Shown piece by piece: positions 20,101 to 30,100 of a DNA stretch of 64,000 nt. The notes under the pieces are model-generated. The model saw only the letters and a program-made list of their open reading frames with translations, was not told the origin of the DNA and ran no database searches. Each line of letters opens with the position of its first letter. The stretch's first letter is position 1. The DNA is from Anaerolineae bacterium (GTDB taxonomy: Bacteria > Chloroflexota > Anaerolineae > JACRMK01), in contig JBBPZQ010000021.1 of assembly GCA_038198935.1 (NCBI GenBank), positions 289 through 64,288 of the forward strand. Direction: 5' to 3'. The translations under genes were made by a program, and so were the position numbers.

Positions 20101-22282
20101 ACGAATCGAAGGTCTGCGCTGCCTTGTCGCCGAACTCGAAGAGCGCGTCGGCTTCCTGCAAGTTGCGGCGCGTCGTTTCGTACAGCCGCGCGTTTTCGAT
20201 GGCGAGCGCAATTTGATCGCCGAGCGTCAGAAACAGATCGAGGTCTTCTTCGTCGAATGCGGACGTGCGCTCGTAGTGCTGCACCACCATCACGCCGATT
20301 ACACGCGCGCCTTTGACGAGCGGCACGCCCATCCACGAGCACGCCAGCAAGCCCGGCCGCAGTGCGTGTTCATCTGCGAATTCAGCCATGTGCTCTTTGA
20401 TGAGCAGCGGCTTGCGCGTGCGAATCACGTATTCGGTCAGCCCATTGCCGCCGCGCCGCCGCTCGCGCGATTGCAGACGGCCCTGATCGAAGTAATAAGC
20501 GAATTCCACTTCGTCAAGTCTGTCATCGTACAGCGCAACATAAAAATCACGATAGTCCATCAACTGCTCGACTTGCTCGTGCACGGCGCGCAGCATCTGA
20601 GTCAATTCCAGCGCGGAACTGGTGGCTTGCGCCACACGATTGAGCGCACTCAACTGCGTGAGACGGCGCTGCGCTTGTTGGAACAACTGCGCGCGCTCGA
20701 TGGCGGCGGCGCCTTGCGCGGCGAAAATGGAGAGTAGTTCGACGTGCTCTGGTTTGATGGCATTCGGCTCGGCGCAGTCGAGATTGAGCGAGCCGATCAT
20801 CGTGCCGCGATTCCACAGCGGCAAGCCGACCCAACTGCGAATGTATTCGTAGCCCGTTTTACTTTGCCAGTTTGGATCGCTGCGCGTGTCGGCGACGACG
20901 ACTGCTTTGCCGTCGCGCATTATCTGCGCCAAGTGCGTGTTGCTCGCCACATCGAAGTGGATCGCGTGCACATCCGCCTCGGGCGGATAGCCCCGCGCAG
21001 CGCGCACGTGCAGATGGTCGTCTTGCAGCAGCAGGATGGCTGCGCTACGATAGTTGAACACGCCCTGCAATTCACTCAACACACTGTCGAGTAGCGTGTC
21101 CAGATCGAAACTCGTGTTCAGCGCCTGCGCGACACGGTTCAGCGTCTGCGCCCATTCGCGCTGCCGCTGCTCTTGAGCGAAGTAGCGCGCCCGCAACAGC
21201 GCCAAGCCGACCTGCTCTCCGATGGCTTCGACGAACGACAGCTCATTCGTGTCAGGGGTGTGTGGCGCGGACGAGAGCGCGCTCAGGACGCCAATCACCT
21301 GCTCCCCGACCGTGAGTGGAATGGCAATCGCCGAGTGATAGCCCGCGTTCGCCAGCAGCCGCCCTGCCGCACGCGAGTCGTGCGCGATGTCTGCGCTGAA
21401 GATCGGCGCGCGATTTTCAATCGCCAGTCCGACCAAGCCTTCGCCCACGCTCAATGGTGAATGCGCGAGTTGCTGCGCGAGCGATTCGGAGAAGCCAGAC
21501 TGCACTTCGAGGCGCACATCCTGATCGTCGCCATCCACGAGCGCGATGAAACCCGCGTCCATGTTCAACGCTTCAATCGTCTTGCGCACGGCGAGCGTGA
21601 GCACTTCGCGCAAGTCGAGCGACGAGCCGACGGCCGTGGCGAGTTCGTAGAGCGTCTGCATTTCGTGCAGCTGTTGCGCGGTTTGCGACGATCGCTGCTC
21701 GGCGCGCTGGGACGCCGCACGCCAAGTGCCAATCGCGCGCTCCATCACCGTCCAGACGATCACGCCCATCGCGCCGAAGACGACGAAGCGCACCACCGCT
21801 TCGATCCCGCCAGCCAGCAGATCGGTCATCGCCGCGTCGAAGGCGAACGTGACGAGGCTGCTCAACAGCGCAGCGTACAGCGACACTCTGCGCCCGCCGA
21901 CAATCGCCGCCATGATGACGTAGAGTGCCAGCACGATGTCCAGCAACGGCTGCAAGAACGTCAGCAACTCGCCCCAGCCCAGCACGATGAGCGCGGTGAA
22001 CGTGGCGAAGACGTAAAGCAGCCAGCGGTTGCCGCGATAGCGCGCGATCACGTAGTGCAGGACGATATAGTTGTACAGGCTTGTGCCGACCATCAGCAGC
22101 ATACCCTGCCAACGGCGTTCTGTATCGAGGGGGATGAGCAACAGCGCAATGATGAGAACGAACGAAATCGCCCCCACGACTAACTCGAGCAGTCGCAGGT
22201 ACGGCTTCAGATATTCGAGAGGAAGGAGAGCAGTTCGCATGACTCTATGTTCGATGTGGTGACGTCCACCGGTTCGCTGCAT
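17138..22282 (-). CDS. membrane-anchored diguanylate cyclase with eight tandem GAF domains
   Basis: About 190 aa of multi-TM N-terminus. Eight GAF-sized units, each ending in a (A)(I/L)ENARLYE-like helix. C-terminal GGDEF domain (RWGGEEFGV, YNDRYGH). Confidence 0.85.
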   Translation of the reverse strand: MQRTGGRHHIEHRVMRTALLPLEYLKPYLRLLELVVGAISFVLIIALLLIPLDTERRWQGMLLMVGTSLYNYIVLHYVIARYRGNRWLLYVFATFTALIVLGWGELLTFLQPLLDIVLALYVIMAAIVGGRRVSLYAALLSSLVTFAFDAAMTDLLAGGIEAVVRFVVFGAMGVIVWTVMERAIGTWRAASQRAEQRSSQTAQQLHEMQTLYELATAVGSSLDLREVLTLAVRKTIEALNMDAGFIALVDGDDQDVRLEVQSGFSESLAQQLAHSPLSVGEGLVGLAIENRAPIFSADIAHDSRAAGRLLANAGYHSAIAIPLTVGEQVIGVLSALSSAPHTPDTNELSFVEAIGEQVGLALLRARYFAQEQRQREWAQTLNRVAQALNTSFDLDTLLDSVLSELQGVFNYRSAAILLLQDDHLHVRAARGYPPEADVHAIHFDVASNTHLAQIMRDGKAVVVADTRSDPNWQSKTGYEYIRSWVGLPLWNRGTMIGSLNLDCAEPNAIKPEHVELLSIFAAQGAAAIERAQLFQQAQRRLTQLSALNRVAQATSSALELTQMLRAVHEQVEQLMDYRDFYVALYDDRLDEVEFAYYFDQGRLQSRERRRGGNGLTEYVIRTRKPLLIKEHMAEFADEHALRPGLLACSWMGVPLVKGARVIGVMVVQHYERTSAFDEEDLDLFLTLGDQIALAIENARLYETTRRNLQEADALFEFGDKAAQTFDSYLLGVAALSACDKVLGAHLLSVILYNGEPPRISPLAVIRDHMLVSPELEAKLLREVGVNEQNGVIGWVLNHREAVRIGDVRAERRYRGRVDIRSELCLPIMLHEQLLGVLNIESTQLDAFSERDEQFVGTLCAQLAAALQSARSRELERQRTFELQGLHEVSQAFAKMGDVRATYADVTQRIALIFNARGAMILRYDAQCNEMRAQLPAFGLPDEEARGYSYALDETALSVRDPNMKPFWIVNEPEQLSAKLRARTLRLKTQHFMGAAMHGRDGLLGVIIIVANRADRTPFSLRDGELLAVFARQAALAIENARLVETERISRAQLEVISQVGQRAAASLELKVLLPELIEFIRAQLNYHTIALFTIEADELHLQTVAGGMSATLGYRQSIREGVIGWVARNRAPRLTNEVATDAEFIDPEGIGIQSEIAVPLISRGEVIGVLDAASNQPNQFTESDVVLLGTVADQVAQAVANARLYERERQGRQQLLLVNRVARRILSINNLNALTQAIASAVVESPEHHLAVTFLIEGDCLVMKGCAGSLADQLPPQYEQSLQDGIVGWVARTGQTYVAQDVTTDPYYVDRVHSGIRSELGVPLRYGEQVLGVLAVSATVLNAFSADNITTLETVADQAAQAIVNVRAYENEQRRAQYMKMVSQIGSEITALLNLDDLLEHTAALIQERFNYDAVHIFLCDEPQGAARLAAGAGTPHLSGAEGFVLRIGEQGLVGKSLAEQRPILENNVRANPAYFAHPRMNEIESELVVPIRVAGRVLGALDVQARRRGAFTDDDAQIMQTLANQLAAAMSNAELHAAVEYQARTDSLTQVYNHGCFLQSLGDAVVNSRQREHHLALIMLDIDHFKQYNDRYGHVMGDRVLQAAAQAIRQNIKRDDIVGRWGGEEFGVALPNTTAEQAMLVAERIRETLAAFPLRDEDEQPIEKPTVSQGIAVFPDHALALDHLVDLADRMLYRAKAKGRDQIVLYQWNGYRP

Positions 22283-22330
22283 TCTATGCGGTACTGGTTA
22301 CATCGTCAAACAGGTGGGACAGCTCGTGTT

Positions 22331-22407
22331 CATGCGTGATACGTGATGCGTGATGCGTGACGCGAAATGCATGATGCGAAAATTACGGATTACGCATCAC
22401 GCACCAC
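22331..22407. repeat. heptamer-built hairpin (GATGCGT-type units / GCATCAC-type units)
   Basis: catgcgt gatacgt gatgcgt gatgcgt gacgcga ... ggattac gcatcac gcaccac. Immediately downstream of the ABC ATPase gene. Confidence 0.8.
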
Positions 22408-22433
22408 GCCGCAAAGTTGATCATGCATTCCGT

Positions 22434-23186
<753 letters not shown>

Positions 23187-23265
23187 AGGTTCATGCTCAT
23201 TCCATCCATTGAACTCACCCCCGTTGCCATCTCACGCGCGGTGAGGGAGAGCTTCACAACCTCGT

Positions 23266-24444
23266 TCAACGTTCGCCCACCCCCAACGTCCGCTCCAAGC
23301 GGCGGCTCGCCCACGACATGCTGAACGCGCACACGAAGTAGATCGCCGCAATGAATAGATAGACTTCGCGCTGCAAGCCGAGAAATGCTTGCTGCTGCAC
23401 GACCGCGTTAGCAATGCCCGTCAGCTCAATCAAGCCGACAATGGCGACGAGCGACGTATCCTTGAACAATGAGATGAATTGACCGACGAGTGCGGGGATG
23501 ACGGCGCGCAAGGCTTGCGGCAAAACGATGAACCACAAAATTTGTAAGCTGTTCAAAGCAAGTGCTTTGGCCGCTTCGCTCTGCCCACGCCCGACGCTTT
23601 GCAAGCCGCCGCGCACGACTTCTGCGAGATACGCCGCCGTGAAAATCGTGAACCCGATGATGACGCGCACGACGCGCTCGACGCTGATGCTTTCGGGTAA
23701 GAATAATTGCAACATGATCTGCATCATGAACAAGATCGTGATGAGCGGCACGCCGCGAATGATTTCGATGAACAGCGTGCAGAAGACGCGCATCACGGGA
23801 TAGCTGCTCTGTCGTCCGACAGCCAACGCGACGCCGAGCGGAAACGAGAGCACGATGCCGCTGACCGCGAGCGTGAATGTGAGCAGCAGTCCGCCCCACA
23901 AGTCCGTCGGCACGGTCGGCAGCGCATCGGCCACGCCATACAGCAGCACCGCCGTGAGCGGCAGCGAGGCGAGCCACGCGAGTGTGACGAGCCGCCGCGC
24001 GCGCATCACGTATGCCACGCCAAAGCCAGCGCCGATGAGCGCGATGTTGGCTGCGAGCCACAGCCGCGTATTCAATTCAAAGGGCAAGAGCGCGAGTGTG
24101 AGGAACAACGCGCCGATGCCCACGGCGACGGTGCGCATGATGCCGCGCCACGCGCCCCAACTCGCGCCGATCAGCAGCGAGAGCATGGACACGACGACTT
24201 GCACGCGCCACGCTTGTTCCAATGGATAGCGGCCGATCATAAACAGCCGCAAGTTCACCGTGACCACGTTCCAATTTGCCGTCGTGATCGCGTTCCACAG
24301 CGTCGTGGCGACGATGGCCACCAGCCACAGCACGAGCACGCTCAACAGCGCGTTGTACCAAGTGCTGAACAGGTTTTTGCGCAGCCAGCCGAGGACGCCG
24401 ATTGACACGGCGGGCGGGCGGAGCGTCTCGGTCAGGATGGACAT
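23266..24444 (-). CDS. aapM: general L-amino acid ABC transporter permease (AapM/BztC-like)
   Basis: 392 aa, long-form permease. N-terminus LRKNLFSTWYNALLSVLVLWL and EAA-loop region SEAAKALALNSLQILWFIVLPQALR. Confidence 0.8.
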   Translation of the reverse strand: MSILTETLRPPAVSIGVLGWLRKNLFSTWYNALLSVLVLWLVAIVATTLWNAITTANWNVVTVNLRLFMIGRYPLEQAWRVQVVVSMLSLLIGASWGAWRGIMRTVAVGIGALFLTLALLPFELNTRLWLAANIALIGAGFGVAYVMRARRLVTLAWLASLPLTAVLLYGVADALPTVPTDLWGGLLLTFTLAVSGIVLSFPLGVALAVGRQSSYPVMRVFCTLFIEIIRGVPLITILFMMQIMLQLFLPESISVERVVRVIIGFTIFTAAYLAEVVRGGLQSVGRGQSEAAKALALNSLQILWFIVLPQALRAVIPALVGQFISLFKDTSLVAIVGLIELTGIANAVVQQQAFLGLQREVYLFIAAIYFVCAFSMSWASRRLERTLGVGER

Positions 24445-24452
24445 GCAACATC

Positions 24453-24506
24453 AATGCGTAGTGCGTGATGCGTAAACGTTTTGCCGGATAATAGATTACG
24501 CATTAG
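24453..24506. repeat. heptamer-built imperfect hairpin (A/G-TGCGT units)
   Basis: aatgcgt agtgcgt gatgcgt ... attacgcatta, between the two permease genes. Confidence 0.5.
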
Positions 24507-24510
24507 ACGA

Positions 24511-25683
24511 TTATCTCTCTATCAGCTTGAACCGTGCATTCACAAAATTCATCACAACCGAAATCGTCAGGCTCATCAGCAAGTACGCGCCCATCACCAG
24601 CACGATCACTTGCACGGTCTGGCCCGTTTGATTGAAGATGGTGCTGCTGACGTAAAATAAATCCGCGTAGCCGATGGCAACCGCGAGCGACGAGTTCTTC
24701 GTCAAATTGAGATATTGATTGGTGAGTGGCGGGATGATGACGCGCAAGGCAAGCGGCACGGTGACGAGCCGCAGCGTCTGCGCGTAACTGAGACCCAGCG
24801 CGCGCGAGGCTTCGTTCACGCCGCGCGGCACGGCGAGGATGCCCGCGCGCACAATCTCGGCGATGAACGCGCCGGTGTACATCACGAGCCCGAATAGCAG
24901 CGCGACATATTCGGGTGAGAGCGACAACCCACCGTTGAAGTTGAAGCCTTGCAGAGTCGGCACAGTTGGCGTGAATGGGTCGAGGACGATTGCACTCACG
25001 CTGGCGACGGCCAAGACGCTGAGCGCCGCCCACAAGACACGCTGGCTGAGATGGCGCTCGGCTTGCCAGCGCCGCCCGACGAGTTCATAGAGGACGATGC
25101 CAACGACCAAACCTGCGCACGCGGTGAGCAGCCATGTCGTGAACGAGTCTTTCGTCTCGAACCATGGCACGGTCAAGCCGCGATTGTTCAGGAAGACCGA
25201 GCCCGGCAGCTCAATGCTCTGACGCACGGCGGGCAACTTCAAAATAACAGCCAGATACCAGAACAGCAATTGAATGAGCAGCGGCGTGTTGCGGAACGCC
25301 TCCACGTACACGCGCGCAAGATTGGCGAGGAGCCAATTGGACGAGAGCCGCGCAATGCCCATGAGGAGTCCGAGCAGCGACGCGAGCACGATGCCGACGA
25401 CGGCGACGCGCAGCGTGTTCAGCGCGCCGACGACGAACGCATAGCCGTAGGACTTGTCCGTGTCATAGGGGATGGGCGATTCGGCGAGCGCGAATGACGC
25501 CGCGCTCTGCAAAAAATCAAAACTGAATTTACTGCCCATGCGCGTCAGTCCGCGCGACATGTTGTCGGCGAACCACCAGCCCACGAGCAGAACGACGGCG
25601 ATAAAAATAATTTGCGCGGCGATGCGCAGCACGCGCACGTCGCGCCAAAGCGGAACGGCGGGGGAACGGGAGAGGGACGCCAT
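24511..25683 (-). CDS. aapQ: general L-amino acid ABC transporter permease (AapQ/BztB-like)
   Basis: 390 aa. ARLSSNWLLANLARVYVEAFRNTPLLIQLLFWY and NEASRALGLSYAQTLRLVTVPLALR. Confidence 0.8.
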   Translation of the reverse strand: MASLSRSPAVPLWRDVRVLRIAAQIIFIAVVLLVGWWFADNMSRGLTRMGSKFSFDFLQSAASFALAESPIPYDTDKSYGYAFVVGALNTLRVAVVGIVLASLLGLLMGIARLSSNWLLANLARVYVEAFRNTPLLIQLLFWYLAVILKLPAVRQSIELPGSVFLNNRGLTVPWFETKDSFTTWLLTACAGLVVGIVLYELVGRRWQAERHLSQRVLWAALSVLAVASVSAIVLDPFTPTVPTLQGFNFNGGLSLSPEYVALLFGLVMYTGAFIAEIVRAGILAVPRGVNEASRALGLSYAQTLRLVTVPLALRVIIPPLTNQYLNLTKNSSLAVAIGYADLFYVSSTIFNQTGQTVQVIVLVMGAYLLMSLTISVVMNFVNARFKLIER

Positions 25684-25684
25684 A

Positions 25685-25759
25685 CTCAGTCGTCAGTCAT
25701 CAGTCGCCAGTCGCCAGACATGTACATCTGATGACTGACGACTGACGACTGACAACTGC
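25685..25759. repeat. heptamer-built hairpin (NNCAGTC x5 / ACTGACG x4)
   Basis: ctcagtc gtcagtc atcagtc gccagtc gccagac atgtaca tctgatg actgacg actgacg actgaca actgc. It fills the aapJ-aapQ spacer. Confidence 0.9.
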
Positions 25760-25761
25760 TT

Positions 25762-27018
25762 TTAGCGGAACGGCGGCGAGTACTGGATGCCGCCCTTATT
25801 GTACGGTTGATTGAGACCGCGCGGCACGTTGAACTTCGTCGAGGGTCCGAGCGTGCGGTCGTAAATTTCGCCGTAGTTGCCGACAAGTTTGATGACCTGA
25901 TAGAACGCATCGTTGGTCAGCGCCATGTCCTTGCCGAGCGTGCCTGTCGCACCGAGAAGGCGTTTGACGTTAACGTCGTCGCTGCTCTTCATCTGATCTA
26001 CGTTCTTGGAAGTCACACCCAACTCTTCGCCGTACCACGTCGCGTACACGACCCACGTGACGACATCTTTCCACTGGCTGTCGTTCTGCGCGATCATGGG
26101 CGTGAGCGGCTCTTTCGAGAGCGTGTCGTCCATGATCGTGTGATCGTCGGGCGTCTTCAACAGGCTCGCGCGCTGGCCCGCCAACTGCGACTTGTCGCTC
26201 GTGACGGCATCGCAGCGTCCCTGTTCGTATGCCTGATAGAGTGGCGCGGCGTCGTTGAACGTCAGCGGTGTGTATTTGATATTGCGCGCCTTGAACACGT
26301 CGGCGAGCACTTGCTCGTTGGTCGTGCCAGTCAGCACGCAGATAGTCGCGCCGTTCAAGTCTTCGAGTTTCTTGATGTTGTTCTTCTTTGGCACCATCAT
26401 GCCGCCGCCGTCGTAGAACGTCGTGGGTCCGAAGTCCACGCCAACGGCGCTGTCGCGGTTCAGCGTGTAGGTCGTGTTGCGGAACACCACGTCCACTTCG
26501 CCGTTCTGGATCGCGGCGAAGCGCTCGGTCGTATTGAGCTTGCGATACTCGACGGCTTTGGGATCATTGAACAGCGCCGACGCAATCGCTTTGCAAAATT
26601 CCACGTCGAGCCCGCTGTAGTCGCCGCTCGCTTCGAGCGTGCTAAAGCCCGCCAGCGAGCCATTGATGCCGCAGACTAACTTCTTGCGATTGAGCACTGT
26701 CGCCAAGCGTCCACGCGCGACGACGGGCGTGGGCGAGCCTGCGGGCGCGGTGGCTTGCGCGCCGCTCGGCGTGCTTGCTGCGGGTGTGGTTTGAGACGCA
26801 ACCGTCGTGCCCGCGCTGGTAGCAGCACTGGTTGCCGCACCCGATGGTGTCGTCTGCGCCGAAGCGCTGGTTGCCGCGCGTGTAGGCGCGGTCGTGGCTG
26901 CCGTCGTCGGCGCGCTGGTTGGCGCGGTCGTCGTCGCCGCCGGTGAGGGGGCGCCGCCGCAGGCAGCCAACGCAAGCACGGCAGCGATAACGAGCAAAAG
27001 TAGAATGGGTTTGCGCAT
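25762..27018 (-). CDS. aapJ: amino acid ABC transporter substrate-binding lipoprotein with a long Ala/Thr/Ser/Pro tether
   Basis: Start at ATG 27018 with an AGGAG RBS. Lipobox LALAAC. About 110 aa of low-complexity tether, followed by a family-3 SBP fold (KLVCGINGSLAGFS ... DVVFRNTTYT). Confidence 0.8.
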   Translation of the reverse strand: MRKPILLLLVIAAVLALAACGGAPSPAATTTAPTSAPTTAATTAPTRAATSASAQTTPSGAATSAATSAGTTVASQTTPAASTPSGAQATAPAGSPTPVVARGRLATVLNRKKLVCGINGSLAGFSTLEASGDYSGLDVEFCKAIASALFNDPKAVEYRKLNTTERFAAIQNGEVDVVFRNTTYTLNRDSAVGVDFGPTTFYDGGGMMVPKKNNIKKLEDLNGATICVLTGTTNEQVLADVFKARNIKYTPLTFNDAAPLYQAYEQGRCDAVTSDKSQLAGQRASLLKTPDDHTIMDDTLSKEPLTPMIAQNDSQWKDVVTWVVYATWYGEELGVTSKNVDQMKSSDDVNVKRLLGATGTLGKDMALTNDAFYQVIKLVGNYGEIYDRTLGPSTKFNVPRGLNQPYNKGGIQYSPPFR

Positions 27019-27140
27019 AGAGTCTCCTGTGAATGATCTTGTCGAATGCCGCGCCATTGTAACATCGCGGCATACGAGCGTCAAAGTGATGCACGCGTAA
27101 CGATGTGGAACTGCATGCAACGAAATGAACATTCGCGATT

Positions 27141-30100
27141 TCATTGCCTAGGCACCCACGGGAAGTACAGCACTACGCCCGGTATGCTCGTGCGCGCGCT
27201 GCGCGTGAACACGATGCCTTCGCCGTCGTCCACGCGCATTGTCGTCGTGAACGTGCTGCCGACGCCGAGCGCAGGATTGACCTGCACGGTAAATTGCAAT
27301 GAGGGCGGTATGCTCACGTCTCCTTGCCAATAGAGTGTTCGCGCGGTTTCATCATAATTGAAAGGGAAAGGTTGAGATGAGGATGCAAGTGTAACTTCGG
27401 CGGGCAGCGTGATGCTGATGCGCGCGCTCGGCACGAAGCTCAGATTGCTGCTGCTCAACTGCACCTGATATGCAAAGCGTGCGTTCGGTCTGACGAACAG
27501 CGGCGCGTTCAATGTCGAATCGCCGAGCGGCGAGAGCCAGCCGACGATGCTGCGCATGACCGTTGGTTGTGCCGTGTTCTTGATCGCTTCAAATGGGAAC
27601 GCGAAAAATACGGTCTTGAAGTTATTGCTCGTGTCGTGATAAATCAGCGCAGACGCGGCGACATCGTTGCCGATGAACGTCGGCTGCGCGCTCACGGTCG
27701 GCGTGAGGTAATCACTGAAGTTGCGATATGGATAGAGCAAGGGATACGGGCCCAATCCATCCGCGATGATGTTGCCTGGCACGCCGCTGACCGTCGTGAT
27801 GGTCATGTCGTTGGTGTACGTGAGCACGCCGAAGTATTGACGCGCGAAGTTCGAGACGTTGCCGCGCACGTACAAATAATCTTGCGCGGAGTAAAACAAG
27901 CGGCCGCCTGCGTCGAGGTAAGCGCGCAGATTATTTTCGTCGTTGTCGCTCAGTGGATCGAACCAATCGTAGCCGCTCGTCCAAACGACGACGGGATACA
28001 TCTGCAAGCGCGCGAGCGGCGGCCCCGCATAGCCGTGCGTGTCGAACTTGTCGAACGGTGCGCCATTCGCGTTTAGCGCGGCTTGATACAGCGGATCAAT
28101 GTCGTACCAACGGTCATCGTCAACGAGCAGCACCGTCGCGGGCGTCTTGCTCGTGAGCGCGCGCGTCTGCGTCGCGTTCGTGCTGGCGGCCAGCACCGCG
28201 AGCGTGAGTGTGTCCGAGACATTGCGCGCGGCGTTGGCCGGAATGTCGCTGCGGATGCCGACACTCTGCCGCGCACACGGCGCGAGCGTGAAGTTGCTGG
28301 CGAGCGTGTTCGTGAATGCGCCGTTCCAGAACGTATTCGTCCACGCATTGCCCGACGGCAGCAATGCAAACGAATCGGTGAGCGCGCCCGTGTTGCGCAG
28401 CGCGAGCGCATGCGTCACGCTCTGTGTGGGCAAGCCAACGGCAATGTTATCGTCGTAACTCAGCGCGAAGTCGTGTATGGGCGGCGGTGACATGAACCAC
28501 GTGATGAGGTTGTCCAATGCCGCCGCGCGCGCGCCGATAGGTCCTACCCCTTCGAGACCGAATCCGATATACGCGGCACGATATGGCAGGCACGTCGCCA
28601 CCGCTAGCCCAGCCAACTCGCCCCCAGCATAGGTGGCGAGCGGCTTGGCTGTTTCATCGAGCAGCGCGATTTGATCCATCGTGGTCTGGTTGCGAGCGCT
28701 GTCGGTGATATTGACGGTGAGCGTGATGCCCGCGAACGCACTGCCATCCGTGCCGCGCACGAGCGGCGACGCGACGGTGTCGCCGACGTAGTGCGCGAAG
28801 AGCCGCTGCGGGAAGTACGTCGGCGGGAAGAACAGTGCGCCTCCCCCATCCCAGAACGCCACGTCTTGGCCGCTCAAGAACAAGCGGCCGCCTTGATCCA
28901 TATATTGAATCAGTGTACCGCCCGCGCCGACGTATTCGGGCGAGTCCAGCGGCGACGACCACAGTGTGATGCTATACGCAGCCATCTCGGTGATGATCGG
29001 CGCAGCCGAGATGGGATTGGTGATCGTGTGCAGCGTATATGGATAGCCGAGCGCGTCGAGCGGCTGCGTGTAATACTGAATCTGACTGTCGTTGTACCAC
29101 GCGCCGCTATCCACCAGCAAGATGCTCGGCGCAGGCGTGAGCGCGAAGTCGCGTGTCAGCACGTCACCCGCGAACAGCGTCACCGTCGTCGTGATGGCGC
29201 GGTGGGTTGGGTTGGAGGCGCGCAAGATGTAATTGCCAATCGGCAGCGTGAAGCTGTAGTTGCCCAGCGCATCGGTCGGCGCGCTGGTCGGCGTGTTGAG
29301 CGCGCGGATCGTCGCGCTCAATGGTGCGTTCGTGCTCAGTTCGCTCACGCGCCCGCGCACAGTCGCCGTCGGCGCAATACTGAGGTCAACATCATAGCGC
29401 GTGACTTGATTGCTCGTGATGAGCACGGAGTTATTTAGTATCGGCGCGTAGCCGAACGCGCTCACCGTGATCGAGTAGCGTCCTTCGCTCAACGGCAACT
29501 CGTACGTGCCAGCGCCGTTGCTCGTCGTCTGCGTCGTGCGCGTGAAGCGGTCGGTAGCGACGATGCTGGCATTGGCAATAGGCGCGCCGCCTGACGTGAC
29601 GGTACCGCTCAACGTGCCGCGCGTGTTGACACGCAAGACGGCGGCATACGCATCCACGCGCCCCCAACCCGTCGCGTTGTTCGGCACGGTCGTGCTGAGT
29701 GGCGCGGCCGTCGAGGTGATGACGAACAGCGTGTCGCCGATACTGATGCTCGGCTGTGCCTGCATGATGAGCGCGGCCACGCCGGCGATGTGCGGCGTCG
29801 CCATGGAGGTGCCGCTCATATTGCGATAGCCGCCGCCCGGCGTGCTCGACGGGACGTTCACGCCGGGCGCAGATACGTCGGGCTTGATGTCGCCCGTGAT
29901 CGGCGAGGGACCTCGCGCCGAGAAATACGCGACCACATCGTTGCTATCTACCGCGCCGACGCCGATGCTCTCCGCGTAACTCGCGGGCGAGCCGACCGTG
30001 CCCGCGCCGTTGATGCCGTTGTTGCCGTTAGCAAATACCATGAAGATGTTTGCCGCGCGCATGGTTTGCACGTCGGCGAGGAATGTGGTGACCGTCCCGT

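Noticed and set aside
22331-22407. Could the short tandem repeats (here and at the other heptamer loci) be CRISPR arrays?
   Set aside because: The units are only 7 nt, directly abutting, and have no unique spacers. The arrays are under 80 nt and mostly self-complementary. No cas genes are in the window.
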